Positions 48,942-64,000 of a stretch of DNA of 64,000 bases are shown one piece after another. The translations under genes were made by a program, and so were the position numbers. Source of the DNA: Paraspadella gotoi (lineage: Eukaryota; Animalia; Chaetognatha); NCBI GenBank assembly GCA_051294375.1, contig CM119263.1:29381134-29445133 (forward strand), read 5' to 3'. Every line of letters begins with the position of its first letter. Position 1 is the first letter of the stretch. The notes below the pieces were generated by a model that was given only the letters and a program-made list of their open reading frames with translations, was not told where the DNA came from and ran no database searches.

Positions 48942-51900
48942 TCAAGTGTCATTGACGTCACAATTGTCTTCGTCTTTCAAATCCTCTTTCTTCTCTCTTA
49001 ATTCCATAAAGCGTTTGGCTTCTTCGATCTGGGCCGCCGTGACTCTCTCGAACAAAATCACCAGCTCGCAGTGGTTCGTCTGCAAAAAAAAGTTACATAT
49101 TGTTAATAGTTATATATTAAAACGTTAACACAACCGGCAGATTTGTGTGAAGCATCTCCCGACAGCTGGCGCTCAGTGATTCGGACCAGCAGTGACCCCC
49201 CCATGTCACTGGCGTGATTATGCCGACACTATCACACTTAACCAGTATGACCGTGAGGGGATTGATGGTGAATGAGTACTTAGCTGTCCAAGTCAATGGA
49301 ACGAGCTGAGTTTCACCATGCTATACGGGAGGCGAATTTTGGATTCTCCACAACGTAACTAACTTCTTTTTGTGAAGAAAACACATAATACAAAGAGCAA
49401 TATATTTAATTTTGCGTAACAATAATTCCTTTGCTTATGAGTCGGTAAAATACCGAAAAGATGCAAAAACGAAAAATTGAAGACAGAAAGAAAGAGCGAG
49501 GAGAGAAAAACAGAGAGAGAGATGTTAAATAAGGTCAGTTAAGGACAGCCACGAGTTCATATCCTTGTATGTAACAAATATGTAACTTAAAGATTTATTA
49601 AAACCTTTAAACATACAAGAAGCGCAAATCCGATTAAAATCGGTTTTTTTTTTAAACTTAAATATTTAGACAAAGCGGATCGAATAAATTTGTTTTCTTC
49701 TGGGCGACAAAGAGAATTAACCAGCGGGAAAAAGATCGGCGACTGTCACATTTATTGTTGTTCCAATCGCAAAGACCAAACTCCTCCATTCTCAACCTGA
49801 GGAAACAAATCGATGGGGACGGCCTTGACGGGCAGAAAGGGGAATCCCTTGAAGCCCTTCTTGCTGGGGGCGCGGGCGAGATCGACGAAATTGTCCTTGG
49901 CCAACTTTGGATTGCAGGAGACGTAAATGAAGCGATCGATGGCCGAGCATCGACGAATCGCCTACAGAGAAAGAGAAAATTGAATATCTGTGTGATTGGA
50001 GACCCCTTTAATCGTCTTTTCATCGTGATTAACAACCCACACAGAGTCTCACCTGCAAAACCCTCTTGTGCAGTCCGGCTCTGGGAGGATCGACGACGGC
50101 GAAGAGCCGTTTGGTTTCCGCGAATCGCCCGTCCACGAGATCGGGTAAGACGTCCTCCGCTTTGCCGCAGACGAATTCCACGTTCGACACCGAATTCGCC
50201 GCCGTATTTTTTCTGACGTAAAGGGGAATAAAATTATTTATTTTATAGGCTAACTCGTTTTTAGTTGCGTGTCTCTGTCTACAGTGTAACTCTTTCGTCA
50301 TTCAAGTTTTTATTCAAATTAATATTCAATATACCTGGCGTCCTCGACGGCCTTTTCCACGCACTCGACACCAATAACACATGGCGCCCGGTCGCTAAGG
50401 GCGATGCCGATGGTTCCGGTGCCGCAACAGACGTCGAGCAGCGCCGCGTCAGTGTCGTCCTCCCGCAGCCAAGATCCGATAGTCTCGATCAAGAGCTCGG
50501 CCCCGGAAGTGTTGGCTTGGAAGAAGGCGTCTGGAGAAGGAGAAAAGAGTGGTTCATTGAGTTTCCATGGTAACGTTAAAGTGACAATTTCTTCTTCTAT
50601 GTATACTTTCAAGTCCATACCCGGCGAAATCCGGAACTCTCTCCCGGCCAGCTTCTCCACGATCGTTTCCTCTCCGTGGAGAAGTTCGAACTGTTGGTTG
50701 GACTCGCGACTCGAGAATCCGACGCGGGAAAAGTAAAGGGAGCGAAGGCCGACGGAAATCAGGTCGGGATCGGTGGTGCAGAAGGAGACCAAATCTAGAG
50801 GAGGTCGGGGAAGGAGAAATGGGGAAAGATTGAATAAGACTAAGAGAAACCTTCCTGGTAAAACTAGCAATATTTCAGAAGCATTCACACCCACAAATAC
50901 AAATGTAAATGATCACAATTTCATTTGAATCGATTCTAACCCGCTTTGACTTTGGCCAATCGTTCCTCCGTCAAATCTTGCGCGTGCATCGCCACCACCA
51001 CCATCACGTGACCCAACTCCGTCGTCCGCACCGTCAGCTGACGCCAGTGGCCCTCGTGATCGCGCGGGTTGAAGGGCGGGAGGCCCGTGGACCGGAAGTG
51101 AGCTTGGAATCGAGACGCCGTCGTCTTCGCCAGGGGAGGGAGGATCTTACACTCGCTGGATGAAAGAGGAAGAATGTTAATGGGTGAAAGAATCATGCAA
51201 CCAGCGTGAACTGTAATGTGAACCGAAATGCGAACTGAAAGGTGAACTGAAATATAAAATGAAATGCGAAATGCGAAATGAGCATTTCAAACCTGGGATC
51301 CATGACAGTGAGGGTTCCATCGCTGTACGATCCGATTCTGAATCCGACGGTGAGGAGCGAACCCTCGGCCTTTGGTCCTTCGCCGATGGTGAACTCGTTC
51401 TTGTTGCGATAACCGAATTGGAGCGGGGAACCGATTATGGGCAGCATTCGGCAACGAGGCCCCGACTGAGAAAGAGAAAATATGAATGGTTCAAAAAGGT
51501 GAAAATAAAAAAAAAAGGTAAACTAAGGAAAGGAGGGAATGAAGAGAAAGGAGAGGACAATCGCAATGGAAAAGTTACACTTGTTTGTTGCGACTTTAAA
51601 TTTTTCATCCTCTGCGCGTGAATGACGTTGTAAAGATCTTCGTTGATTTTCGCGATGGAATTCTCGATAAGATTCTTCACGAGTTGATTCATGTTTTTTT
51701 CTTTCATTGCCAATTGTTCTTCGTAGCTAAAAGGGAAAGAGAAAAAGGGAGAGATGATTACTAATCATACTAATCATTGACTACATCACACGAGATCCAT
51801 CTCTTAGATATTCACCTCATCGATTGCAAAGGGACGACGGCTTGAAGCAACTTGGCTCCTAATTCCTCCAACGAAGGAGGATTCGCATCTTTGCTTTGCG

Positions 51901-52744
51901 ACTTGAAAAAAAAGTTCCGATGTAAAAAAAAAACAAAAAAACGAAAATATTCGATAGGATCTTTGTCTGACCTCTGCTTTAAGAAAAGGGTCGGCGTGAG
52001 CCTTACACAAGGTGGCGCTGAGATGCCGACCTTTGACCACGGCGCCGTCGTTGATGGAGCTGACGGCCTTCTGACGATCTTCTTCGTTGGAAAAGGTTAC
52101 GAGGGCGCCGCCGTGCCACGGAGGAATTTTTAGCTGAAACGTTAAATGAATACTTAATCAATTTAATTTTGACGCTCGAATATTCGATCGACTTGAATTT
52201 GAAAAAGGATTTAATTGTCAGAGGATTATAAACACTTTTTAATTCGATCCTAATTTGTTAGTCGGAAGCAAAAAAATATAATTGGTTTATCGATAAAAAG
52301 TGCCATATAGCCAATGAAAAAACGAAACAAATTTGTGTCTTTCACCTTCTTGGGTTCGAGTCCGCGTTTGACGAGGAATTTCTTCAATTGTGCGTATCCC
52401 GTGTGACGCGGGAGACCGTGAATCTCGATTTTAAAAATCTCGGACGTGAATTCGTCGTCTCGTTTCGTCCGCGGACGCGGATCGTCGTCGGCGACAGATT
52501 GCAAGGATTCGGAAGGATCTCGATCGCCTTCAGTTAATTCACTTTCTTCAGTATCATTAGACGCTCTTCCATCTTTATTAGATTCACAGCCAGAGGTTTT
52601 CAAGTTTTTGTCATCTCTCTCTGTCTCCTCAGTTTCCTCAGTCAGTCGACCTTCCACCTCCGCCCCCTCTCCCGATAACCTCCTCTTCTTCGTCTCAGGC
52701 CCCGAATCTATCGGCACTTCGTCGGCCGTCTTCACTGAATCCAT
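48942..52744 (-). CDS. TRMT2A: tRNA (uracil-5)-methyltransferase homolog A
   Basis: FTSEIFKIEIHGLP (RRM), YEEQL, GYRNKNEFTIG, HWRQLTVRTT, FRISPDAFFQANT, LLDVCCGTGTIG, VVDPPRAGLH, AVPIDLFPQ|TNHCELVILFER; TGA 48942-48944. Confidence 0.93.
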
Positions 52745-52889
52745 CGCGGTCCAACAAAAGAAAACTCTATGCAACAGTTGGAAAATTATAAAAAAAATAT
52801 ATTTAAATTAAAACGCCGCACGATATATAACAAATTAGGACTAGAGCGAGAGCAGGAATGTAAAAAGGCAACGACAGTTTCTCTTCTAC

Positions 52890-55800
52890 TCAGATCAAAT
52901 TGATTTCCCCCATGATGTTGACGGGGCGATCCTCGTATTTTCTCGAAATTTCGCCTGTAAACAAAAAATCGAGATTGAAAGTTTAAAAATCAAATTTTTG
53001 AAATCAGTCCAAATAAAATGTTTTAAAATTTCGATAATCGATAATTTAAAGTTCAAAAATACAAACTTTAACCAGCCGCACTACAACTCATTATTGTTTA
53101 CGTAAGTATCAATAACGTGATGTCAAATGCGGTCAGATAATATTAAATGTATTTTCACAATAAAATGTCAGAGACAGAACAAGACGTTGATCCTAGAACG
53201 GCGACAACAAGAGTGAAACTCTATACAAGGGAAATCTAATTCTCATTCACAATTTCTTCTGTTCACTTATTCTAAAGTTCATTGGCTCCCCCGACCTTTC
53301 CTCCGGCTCTCATTGGTCGGGTGAGTTCATGGGTAAGTTCCTTGATTCTCTCTCTCTCTCTCCTCCTGCAGCTTCGCCGCTCCTGCTGACCTCCTGCTGT
53401 CCTCCCACCTTTGGCGTTTGGGCGAGGCTTCCCCTTTCTTCCTCTCTCTGCACCGCGTGGTCTCGTGTTCCTTCCCAGGTTCCACGTTGATGGTATATTG
53501 TGAATTCTCCTTTCCACCCCAAACTTATTCCTGACACCACGCCCACTCACCTCACCCTCTAACACTCACCCTCAATATTCTTCTGCAATTCTTTGGTCTT
53601 CCTTCTCAACTCATCGATGCGAGGGAGAAGATCTCGATTCTCGTCCTCCGCCTCGCGACGCCTCAACGCCACGTGGTCGCGATTGCGTCGCATCCGGTCC
53701 GCGAGAGACGAGTATTGGGTCACGCCCTCCACGAGACGGTCGAGGGCGCGGGGGTTGGCTGAGAGAGAGATATTAGAAAGGGGGGGTCTAGAATAGGATA
53801 TCGCCCTAAAACACAAGTCATGACGACCTTACCTTTGATGAGGCCGAGCTGCACGACTTTCTCGCTCCGCAGTCGCTCGATGACGCGACTAACGAGGCCG
53901 AGGTGAGACTCCACCTTCTTTTCGTCCGCCGTCTGTGAATGAGAAAGAAGATGATATGACAATGACATGAGATGATAATGAAATGAGATGATAAAATATG
54001 AGACGCAATAATACAGGAAAAATAATCACTCCTTTATAAATTTAAAGTGACAAAGTAATTTAGTTGTTTCAAAAGAACAACGAAAAGAACATTTTTCGCT
54101 TCAATTTCGCGACGTCGCAGTCGACCGCCAACGCCACACGTATCCCTTGCTGAAACCCCTGTTCTCCAAAATCGTCTTTGGATTCAAATCGAATTCGGCA
54201 ATTCTGTCAAAGTTCTCCCCCCACCGATGAGACGCGACAGAGAGAAACCATCTGTCCGGGTCTCCGAGCAAAACTTCCACGGGATTAGTTTTCCCGATCC
54301 TAACGAGCCACTCGAGGAGCGCCGCGCCGATGGCGGCGTCGTAAAGGAGGTCGCCGATGAGGACCACGTCGAAATCGACGCTGTTGTCGTTGTTGGCGAC
54401 GAGGAAATTTTCACGGGAAAAGGACAACCGACTGGAGACGTCGGCGGCGGAAAGATTCGCTGTTGCGTTCATGCGTGCGGCGACCAAAGCCGTTGGATCA
54501 ATATCGTTGGCGATCACGTGATCAGCGCCCGAGCGGACAGCGGCGATGGAGGACGAGCCGCAACCACACCCGAGGTCGAGGACTCGCTTGCCCGCCATCG
54601 AGTCGGTTCGGTCTGAATTCATCAAACGCGTAGTCGACCGGTCAGGATGAAAGGGAGGAGAAAATAAGGCAAGGGTTTACCTAAAACGAATCTGGTGAGC
54701 GACTGGCCTCCGGGCCAATAGAAAGCCCAAAAAGGTTCTCCGCCGAAACGCGCCAGTCCGGGGTGATCAGCCCCGGCCGACCACAAGGAACAGTTTTGGG
54801 TGATGAGTCTGAGGCTTATTTCTGGGGTGAGATGATCGGTGCTCGATTCCGTCTCACTCAGAATTAGAGATTCTAATTCGTCGACTTTGGGTGAAAGGCT
54901 CGTCTCTTTCCGAGTCGACATTTCATTCTTTGAACAGAAGCCGGCAAAGAGGCCCCGCCTTCGAAGGCTTCGGCCGAGGGAACGGTTAATATGAGTTAAC
55001 ATCGCTGGAAAAAATAATAGGCTACGGAAGTACTATAATTTATACGAGAAGGTTTTAAAAATGAAGTGGAGATTGACCTCGATTAGTCCATTTAAATGTC
55101 CCTATATTTAAATATATTTTTTCGACCTTTTGATAAAAGTTTTATCCGGAGATGAATGTCAGTAATATAAGCTTGTCAAAATGACAACGGGAAATCACAC
55201 GGATTTAACATAGTAATTAGTAAATATTTAACGTTGAACGTTATGAAATTGGTACAACCAATATAAAACAAATATATAGAGCTGCTAAGTAAAAGTAAGA
55301 AAACTAGTGAATGAAACAAAAGAGTAATTTCGTAATCATTAACAATAATTATAATAATTAACGGGCATTATTAGTATAGGAAAACGAGCAATGAATGAAA
55401 AATAAATAAAGGAACAATCGAGAAAAATACTTGGTTTGCGAATCAATAAAATGCATTCTTCAATACTCGGATCTTCAAATTAAAAACCGGGTAAAAGACC
55501 CAAACGAACCTGCAGAATGAGCGGCGAGTTTTGGAACTGATTGACGGAGAGGATGTCGTCCTCGCGTCGAATCTCCGCCAAACGTTGGAGCAGAAACGAG
55601 GAAATCTCCATGAGTTCGTCGAGGAAGGAAAATCGAGTCTCGGGATTTTCTGAAGGAAACGACGACTTTATATTAATCGATCCTCTTTGACCAAAAAATC
55701 ACAGGACTCTTAATCCTGGGGTCGTGGGTTCGAGCCCACATGCGCCACTCTAACTAAGGTCGGTAAGTCTGACTGAAATCTAGGTAAGTAAAGACGGGAG

Positions 55801-57704
55801 AAAATGGTGGGAAAGGAAATATAATGTAAGCGGCTAAATTCGGCGGTAAAAAAAATGGTAACAGAGACTGAACGGGAGAGGGACGGTGAGAGAGAAAGAG
55901 AGGAAAAAGCGTGAATGAAAAACCTAAACCCTGGACTCGAGCCTGGATCTCCGGGAGGAGGGGAGGAGGATGAGAGAAATGATGAGGAAACGGTGCATGT
56001 TGGCGAACCTATCGGTTCTTTCTGCTCACGCAACAAGGTAAGGGCGTCCTTCCCGACGGCCACGTTTCGTTCGTCGTCGTCGCCCCGCGCCTTCGAGTCG
56101 TCGACGATCTCGATGTGCAGAGCGTCGACACCCGACGCCGCCTCCGCCACCTCCATCGCCGACCAATCGATCTCGCTGCCTTCCGTCGTCTCCCACGCCA
56201 CCTCGGAGGCTTCAGGGGCGGCGGTGGTCGAGTCTTCAACATCGGCGTCGAAATCGATGTCTCCCCAGTCGATGTCCTCCTCCGCTGCTGCCGTCTCCGC
56301 AGCCTTATCCTCCTCCGCCGTCGACGCGACGACGCGGGAGGGACGCAACCCCGTGCGGAACTCGAAAACGGTCGTGTTGCCTAAGGGGCGGGTGAGTAAA
56401 AGGTAAGAAAATCACTTCCCACTCAATCCCTTCTCACTTCCAACCTTTCTCGTGAAAATGCTTCAAGATCGGAACGATCCCTTCGTCATCAACCAAGAGA
56501 AAATCGAGAAAGGCCTCGTAGAACTTGAGCGGGTCCGCGAGGCGGCGACAGTCGTCGGCTATGGCGTCGTAGATTCCAGGGAGATCCGTCAGTTTCGCCC
56601 TCAACTCGGAGCGGACGTCGACGCCTTGGATGTCGAGGCGACGGCATTTACTGATTGGTGTTTGAGGGAAGAGGGGTGGGGACAATGCCAATAATTTAAG
56701 TTTTTAAAAGTAGTCAAAGAATCATTTATGTACATTTATGAATGTATTATGTACCCAATGTTGGAGAGGGTTAGAGGGTCTCGTACCTCCCAAGCCCGGC
56801 CGGCGCCTGTCGGCATCGCCCACAACAATCCTCCTCTAACACCAATTCCTATCTCGTTGCCCCTATTCACTTTTTAACCGGTTCCAAAACCTGAACTTCA
56901 TTACGCCGCAGACTGTTTTTTCCCCATTTTAAACTCCCTCCCGGACCCCCCCCCCACCTTCCCCCCCACCTATCTGCCCCACTCCCTCTACCCCAATTCC
57001 TCACCTCTTGTACGTCTCCTCGATCTGCGAGACTTGGGCGTCGTAGTCCGCCTCCTTCCGCTGGCACTCCTTGACCATCTTCTTGTTCTTGTCGAGGGTC
57101 TTCTTGAGGGCGGCGATCTCATAGTTGACGAAGCGAATGAGCTGCTGCGCCGCCTCGGCCAGAAACACCCCGTTCTTTTGGTAATGTTTCATCACTTCCG
57201 ACCAGGCGTTCCAGATCGGCGAGGTGCATTGACCGAGAAAGTTTTTCTTTTCCTTTTCCTATGCGGAGGATCGGGGGGGGGGAGAGAAATTATCCGAGAA
57301 AGTTATTTAATCCCGCCAAAGAATCCCCACCCCAATTCGGGGGCAGCAGTACCGTCTCGGAGAGAATCTCGACTATTCGTCTCGCGTGAAAAAAGTTGGG
57401 ATGCGCGACTGTCAACAGTTCCGTCAGCGCGGGATTCTCGGGGACGTCTTCCGAAGAAACCGAGAGAGCCGCGTTGATTTTACCGCGAATAACGACTGTA
57501 GAGTATTAAATATCGATTTAATAACGTAATTCGTTAAGCCCGATCGAAAAAAAAGGGAGAGGGACGATTACCGGCATCGGTGGCCCAGTTGACGTTGCAG
57601 TGGCGCCGGTCGACAAGCCAGTCCAAGAGTTTGTTGTAATGAATGTCGATCGGAAGGATGGGCTTCCGCGGCGTCGTCGCTTCCGAAGCTTCTTGAGTCT
57701 TCAT
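52890..57704 (-). CDS. CDK5RAP3: CDK5 regulatory subunit-associated protein 3 (C53, UFM1 E3 adaptor); intron 53933-55509 contains ETFBKMT
   Basis: LPIDIHYNKLLDWLVDRRHC, LAEAAQQLIRFVNYEI, GNTTVFEFRTG, IDWG motif, DALTLL|ENPETRFSFLDELME, final exon GEISRKYEDRPVNIMGEINLI* (TGA 52890-52892). Confidence 0.92.
53166..53536. mobile_element. Possible solo LTR in last CDK5RAP3 intron
   Basis: TGTCAG...CTGACA termini around a GC-richer insert; no TSD seen. Confidence 0.25.
54101..55002 (-). CDS. ETFBKMT: ETF-beta lysine methyltransferase (METTL20)
   Basis: Two exons (54681-55002, 54101-54612; phase 1). Basic presequence, DHLTPEISLRLIT, PFWAFYWPGGQSLTRF, VLDLGCGCG, ANDIDP, IGDLLYD, LLGDPDR, ENRGF. Confidence 0.9.
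55702..55850 (+). mobile_element. 5'-truncated tRNA-Lys(CTT)-derived SINE / tRNA pseudogene fragment
   Basis: caggactcttaatcctggggtcgtgggttcgagccc = anticodon arm, variable loop and T arm of tRNA-Lys(CTT); D arm and acceptor stem missing. Confidence 0.55.
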
Positions 57705-58078
57705 CTCCGATACGTTTTGTACATCGATTTTCTCAATTTGGCAACAATTATTATTAATAAAGAGAGATCGGTATGATAAATTTAAAAACAAACAACGAGA
57801 AAGGATACAAATCAATAAGAAATGGAGGATGGAGAACTCAAAACGGAAAACATAATATTTTCTAACTTTTTTCTTATTTCAATAAAAAAAAATACTGCAG
57901 TTTTTCCTCAATTTTTTTAATTCATAAAATAACTCGCAGGAGTATCAAGATGATACAATGATAAGCATTAAGAAAACGGGGGGGGGGAAACGTTTTACAA
58001 ATTGAAATGGAAATAGCAATAACGAAATAAGACTAGAACTACCGAATCGAAAGCGGAATCGTTCATCGACCGATAGGG

Positions 58079-60280
58079 TCAACTCTGCTCGGTGCCGTCG
58101 TAAAATGCGAGACAAGTGAGCGCCTTGTTGTGACCTGCGTATTCCTGGACAATGTCGCCGGCGTCAACGTTCCAGAGGCGCGCGTTACCGTCGGACGACG
58201 CCGTCACGAGGTATTGGGAGTCGGCGGAGAAGGCGCAGTCCCAGACCCATCTGTGAACAAAGAGGAATACGTAGTGACCACAATGATAACACAAAGACAA
58301 ACGTTTATCTACACTCGCCTTTGAGTGGGTTCCCTCAACTCCGTCAAGAGAGAAAAGTCGGCCGTTCGCCAGATCTTGACGCAGTGATCAGCGGAGCAGG
58401 TGGCCAACAGCGTCGAGTCCGGGCTGAAGAGGCACTTGAGGGCGTAGCGCTTGTGAGCCTGGAACTTTGTCTTCAGATTGGCTTGAGTCTGGCTGGCGCC
58501 GTTGTAGCCAGCGCTGAGAGACCACACGAAGCAAACGCCCTGATAAGCAAGCATGCGCGGGAACGATATTTTAAAATTGATGCAATAAAACAAATTTTCT
58601 TTTTATAGTTATACCTTATTGTTCACGGCAGCCATGGTCTTGCCTTCCGGATCGACAGCAATACTCTGGATGGAAGCGTCAGGGTCAGGCACCATCTGCT
58701 CGTTGTGATCAGTTTTTAAGTCCCAAATGTGAATGGCTCCCGCCTGATCGCCCACGAGCAATTCCCCTGCGATGAAAGATATAAAAGTTTGTCGTTCACC
58801 TTATATACGAATTTCCTTTTTTTGTAATTATCGTTACCTTGATTTGGATGAAGGTAAGTGCAGTTGACAGGTGAACTAACCTAAAAGAAAAACGCAAGAC
58901 AATTACGATACAAATCATAACCAGAAATCTCTCTGCATCGGCCCTCACTTGAAATATTCTCGAGCACTGAAGGTTTCGGGATCTGAGATCCCAGACTCGA
59001 GCGGAATTGTCTTCGCCGCCCGTGTACATCCAATTTCCGTCGGCGTGGAATCCCACGGAGGTGACGTTCTTGGTGACGCCGTCGTAGTTGACGACGCAGT
59101 TGGGGTTGGAGGTTGTCAGGTCGAACATACGGACATGCTGGTAACCGGCCGCGGCGACCATGTGGCGATCGGGGGTAAGAGAGAGGGCGTTTACCTGGTT
59201 AAGTGGTCAAGTAAGGAATCGATCTGTAATAATAATTATTCTTAGGCCTATTGCCATATTGCTCACAAACTACGTAAGGAAAAATCTAAAAAAAGTCTGG
59301 AATCAATCTAGTTCTTTTCGAATTGGTTTTGTTGGCGTTGGTTTATTACTTTTCTCATTTATCAGAGTCAGAAAAACTAACAAAATAACATCGTAAGAAA
59401 AAAAGAAGAGCCCAATGGAACGTCACCAGGCCGGCTCTCTCCCTCATACGGGAATCTTCAGCCGTCAATTATTTTTTCGCGCTCACCAGTTAGAGTCTCA
59501 CCAATTAGATTTCGCGTTTTTTCTCACGTTTTTCACGAATTTATCGTGATTTTCACACCTTTTTCACGATTTCTGAAAAAGTTAAATTACACCCTTTTTT
59601 TACCGATTTTTTAAAGTTAAATTACACCCTTCAGCGAAGGGTTTTTTTTTTGCTTTATTCTCATTTGCATATAGTCGTGTTAAACAAATCGTTCGTTTAC
59701 CACTTGAATGAATTTTATCGTTGGTTTTTTTAAAATTTTATAAAACCGGTTCATAATCTAAGCGAGAAATTTTGTCTAAGTTTCGTAACATATGTCGTCT
59801 CATTAACGGGAGATATATTAAATCATACTTTAAGCCTGACGTCTCTAAACGAATCGAAGATAAACTAAATGATATACGTTGCCACTACAAATCGCTTCTC
59901 TGACGTGGTCCTTGGTGAGGCATATTTGACGACCTGTCGTCAAAAAAATTTGAATGGTTCCTGATAATTGAACCTTCTTAACAGTAACAGATTAATAAAC
60001 AGTAATAAATAATAATAAACAACTACCAGTTACGAATAAATAAATAAATTTATCCCAGTTATTGTTGTTTTTCGTATTTTCGCGAGCGCTCTTTTACTTT
60101 TCTACTTGCCTGAGAGTCGACGTGTTGAATCGTCCTGTTGCAGAGTCGCGTGTGGGGCTGCCAAAAACGGATTGTGTGGTCATAGCCCGACGTGGCCAAG
60201 ATGACCGAATGAGAGGAAGTTTCCCTGGCGAGGCTGTCGCCGCTGAACCCGCCCGAACTCTCGCTCATTCCGCTGCTCAT
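58079..60280 (-). CDS. MLST8: TOR complex subunit LST8 (WD40)
   Basis: [19 protein letters not shown]|[73 protein letters not shown]. Confidence 0.95.
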
Positions 60281-60520
60281 GATCGACCGTCAACGAAAGA
60301 AGTCTACATCTTCTATCAAATATATTTTTAAATATCTATAAATCGTAAAAAGCATTAAAGTTAAAAATATGACACCGAACGAAAATATCTAGGCTTTTTT
60401 TTTTTGACTTAGCAAAGCGCAGTTACTTGAGCTTATCACCAAGGAAAGTCTGCTTCAAAAAAGGCGTTTTAAATAAACTAGTGTCCAATAATTTAGTGTC
60501 CAAGGAAGACTTTTTCCTCT

Positions 60521-64000
<3,480 letters not shown>

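Noticed and set aside
55702-55740. Functional tRNA-Lys gene
   Set aside because: No D arm or acceptor stem; treated as a SINE or pseudogene fragment.

Overview
Eukaryotic (metazoan, invertebrate-like) genomic DNA with GC-rich exons and AT-rich spliceosomal introns; the organism cannot be identified from sequence alone. The left 27 kb holds an NKAPD1-like gene (+) with a decayed antisense F-box sequence in intron 1, a JAKMIP/RIMBP-like coiled-coil gene (-) and a large C2H2 zinc-finger gene (-) with a long non-coding 5' region. From 27 kb to the right edge, 11 housekeeping genes lie on the - strand: EPRS > MLST8 > CDK5RAP3[ETFBKMT] > TRMT2A > ERH-a > ERH-b > NANP[PCF11] > KRTCAP2 > ABHD11. Stop-to-ATG gaps are only about 145-425 bp (excluding one MITE), and most ATGs are preceded by an unpaired splice acceptor, suggesting an SL trans-spliced operon. 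Two complete intron-containing genes are nested on the SAME strand inside introns of other cluster genes: PCF11 in NANP intron 1 and ETFBKMT in a CDK5RAP3 intron. Also present are two divergent tandem ERH paralogues, four DINE-1/HINE-like elements, a hAT-type MITE, foldback MITEs and SINE relics. Gene identities come from manual translation and recalled family motifs, not database searches.
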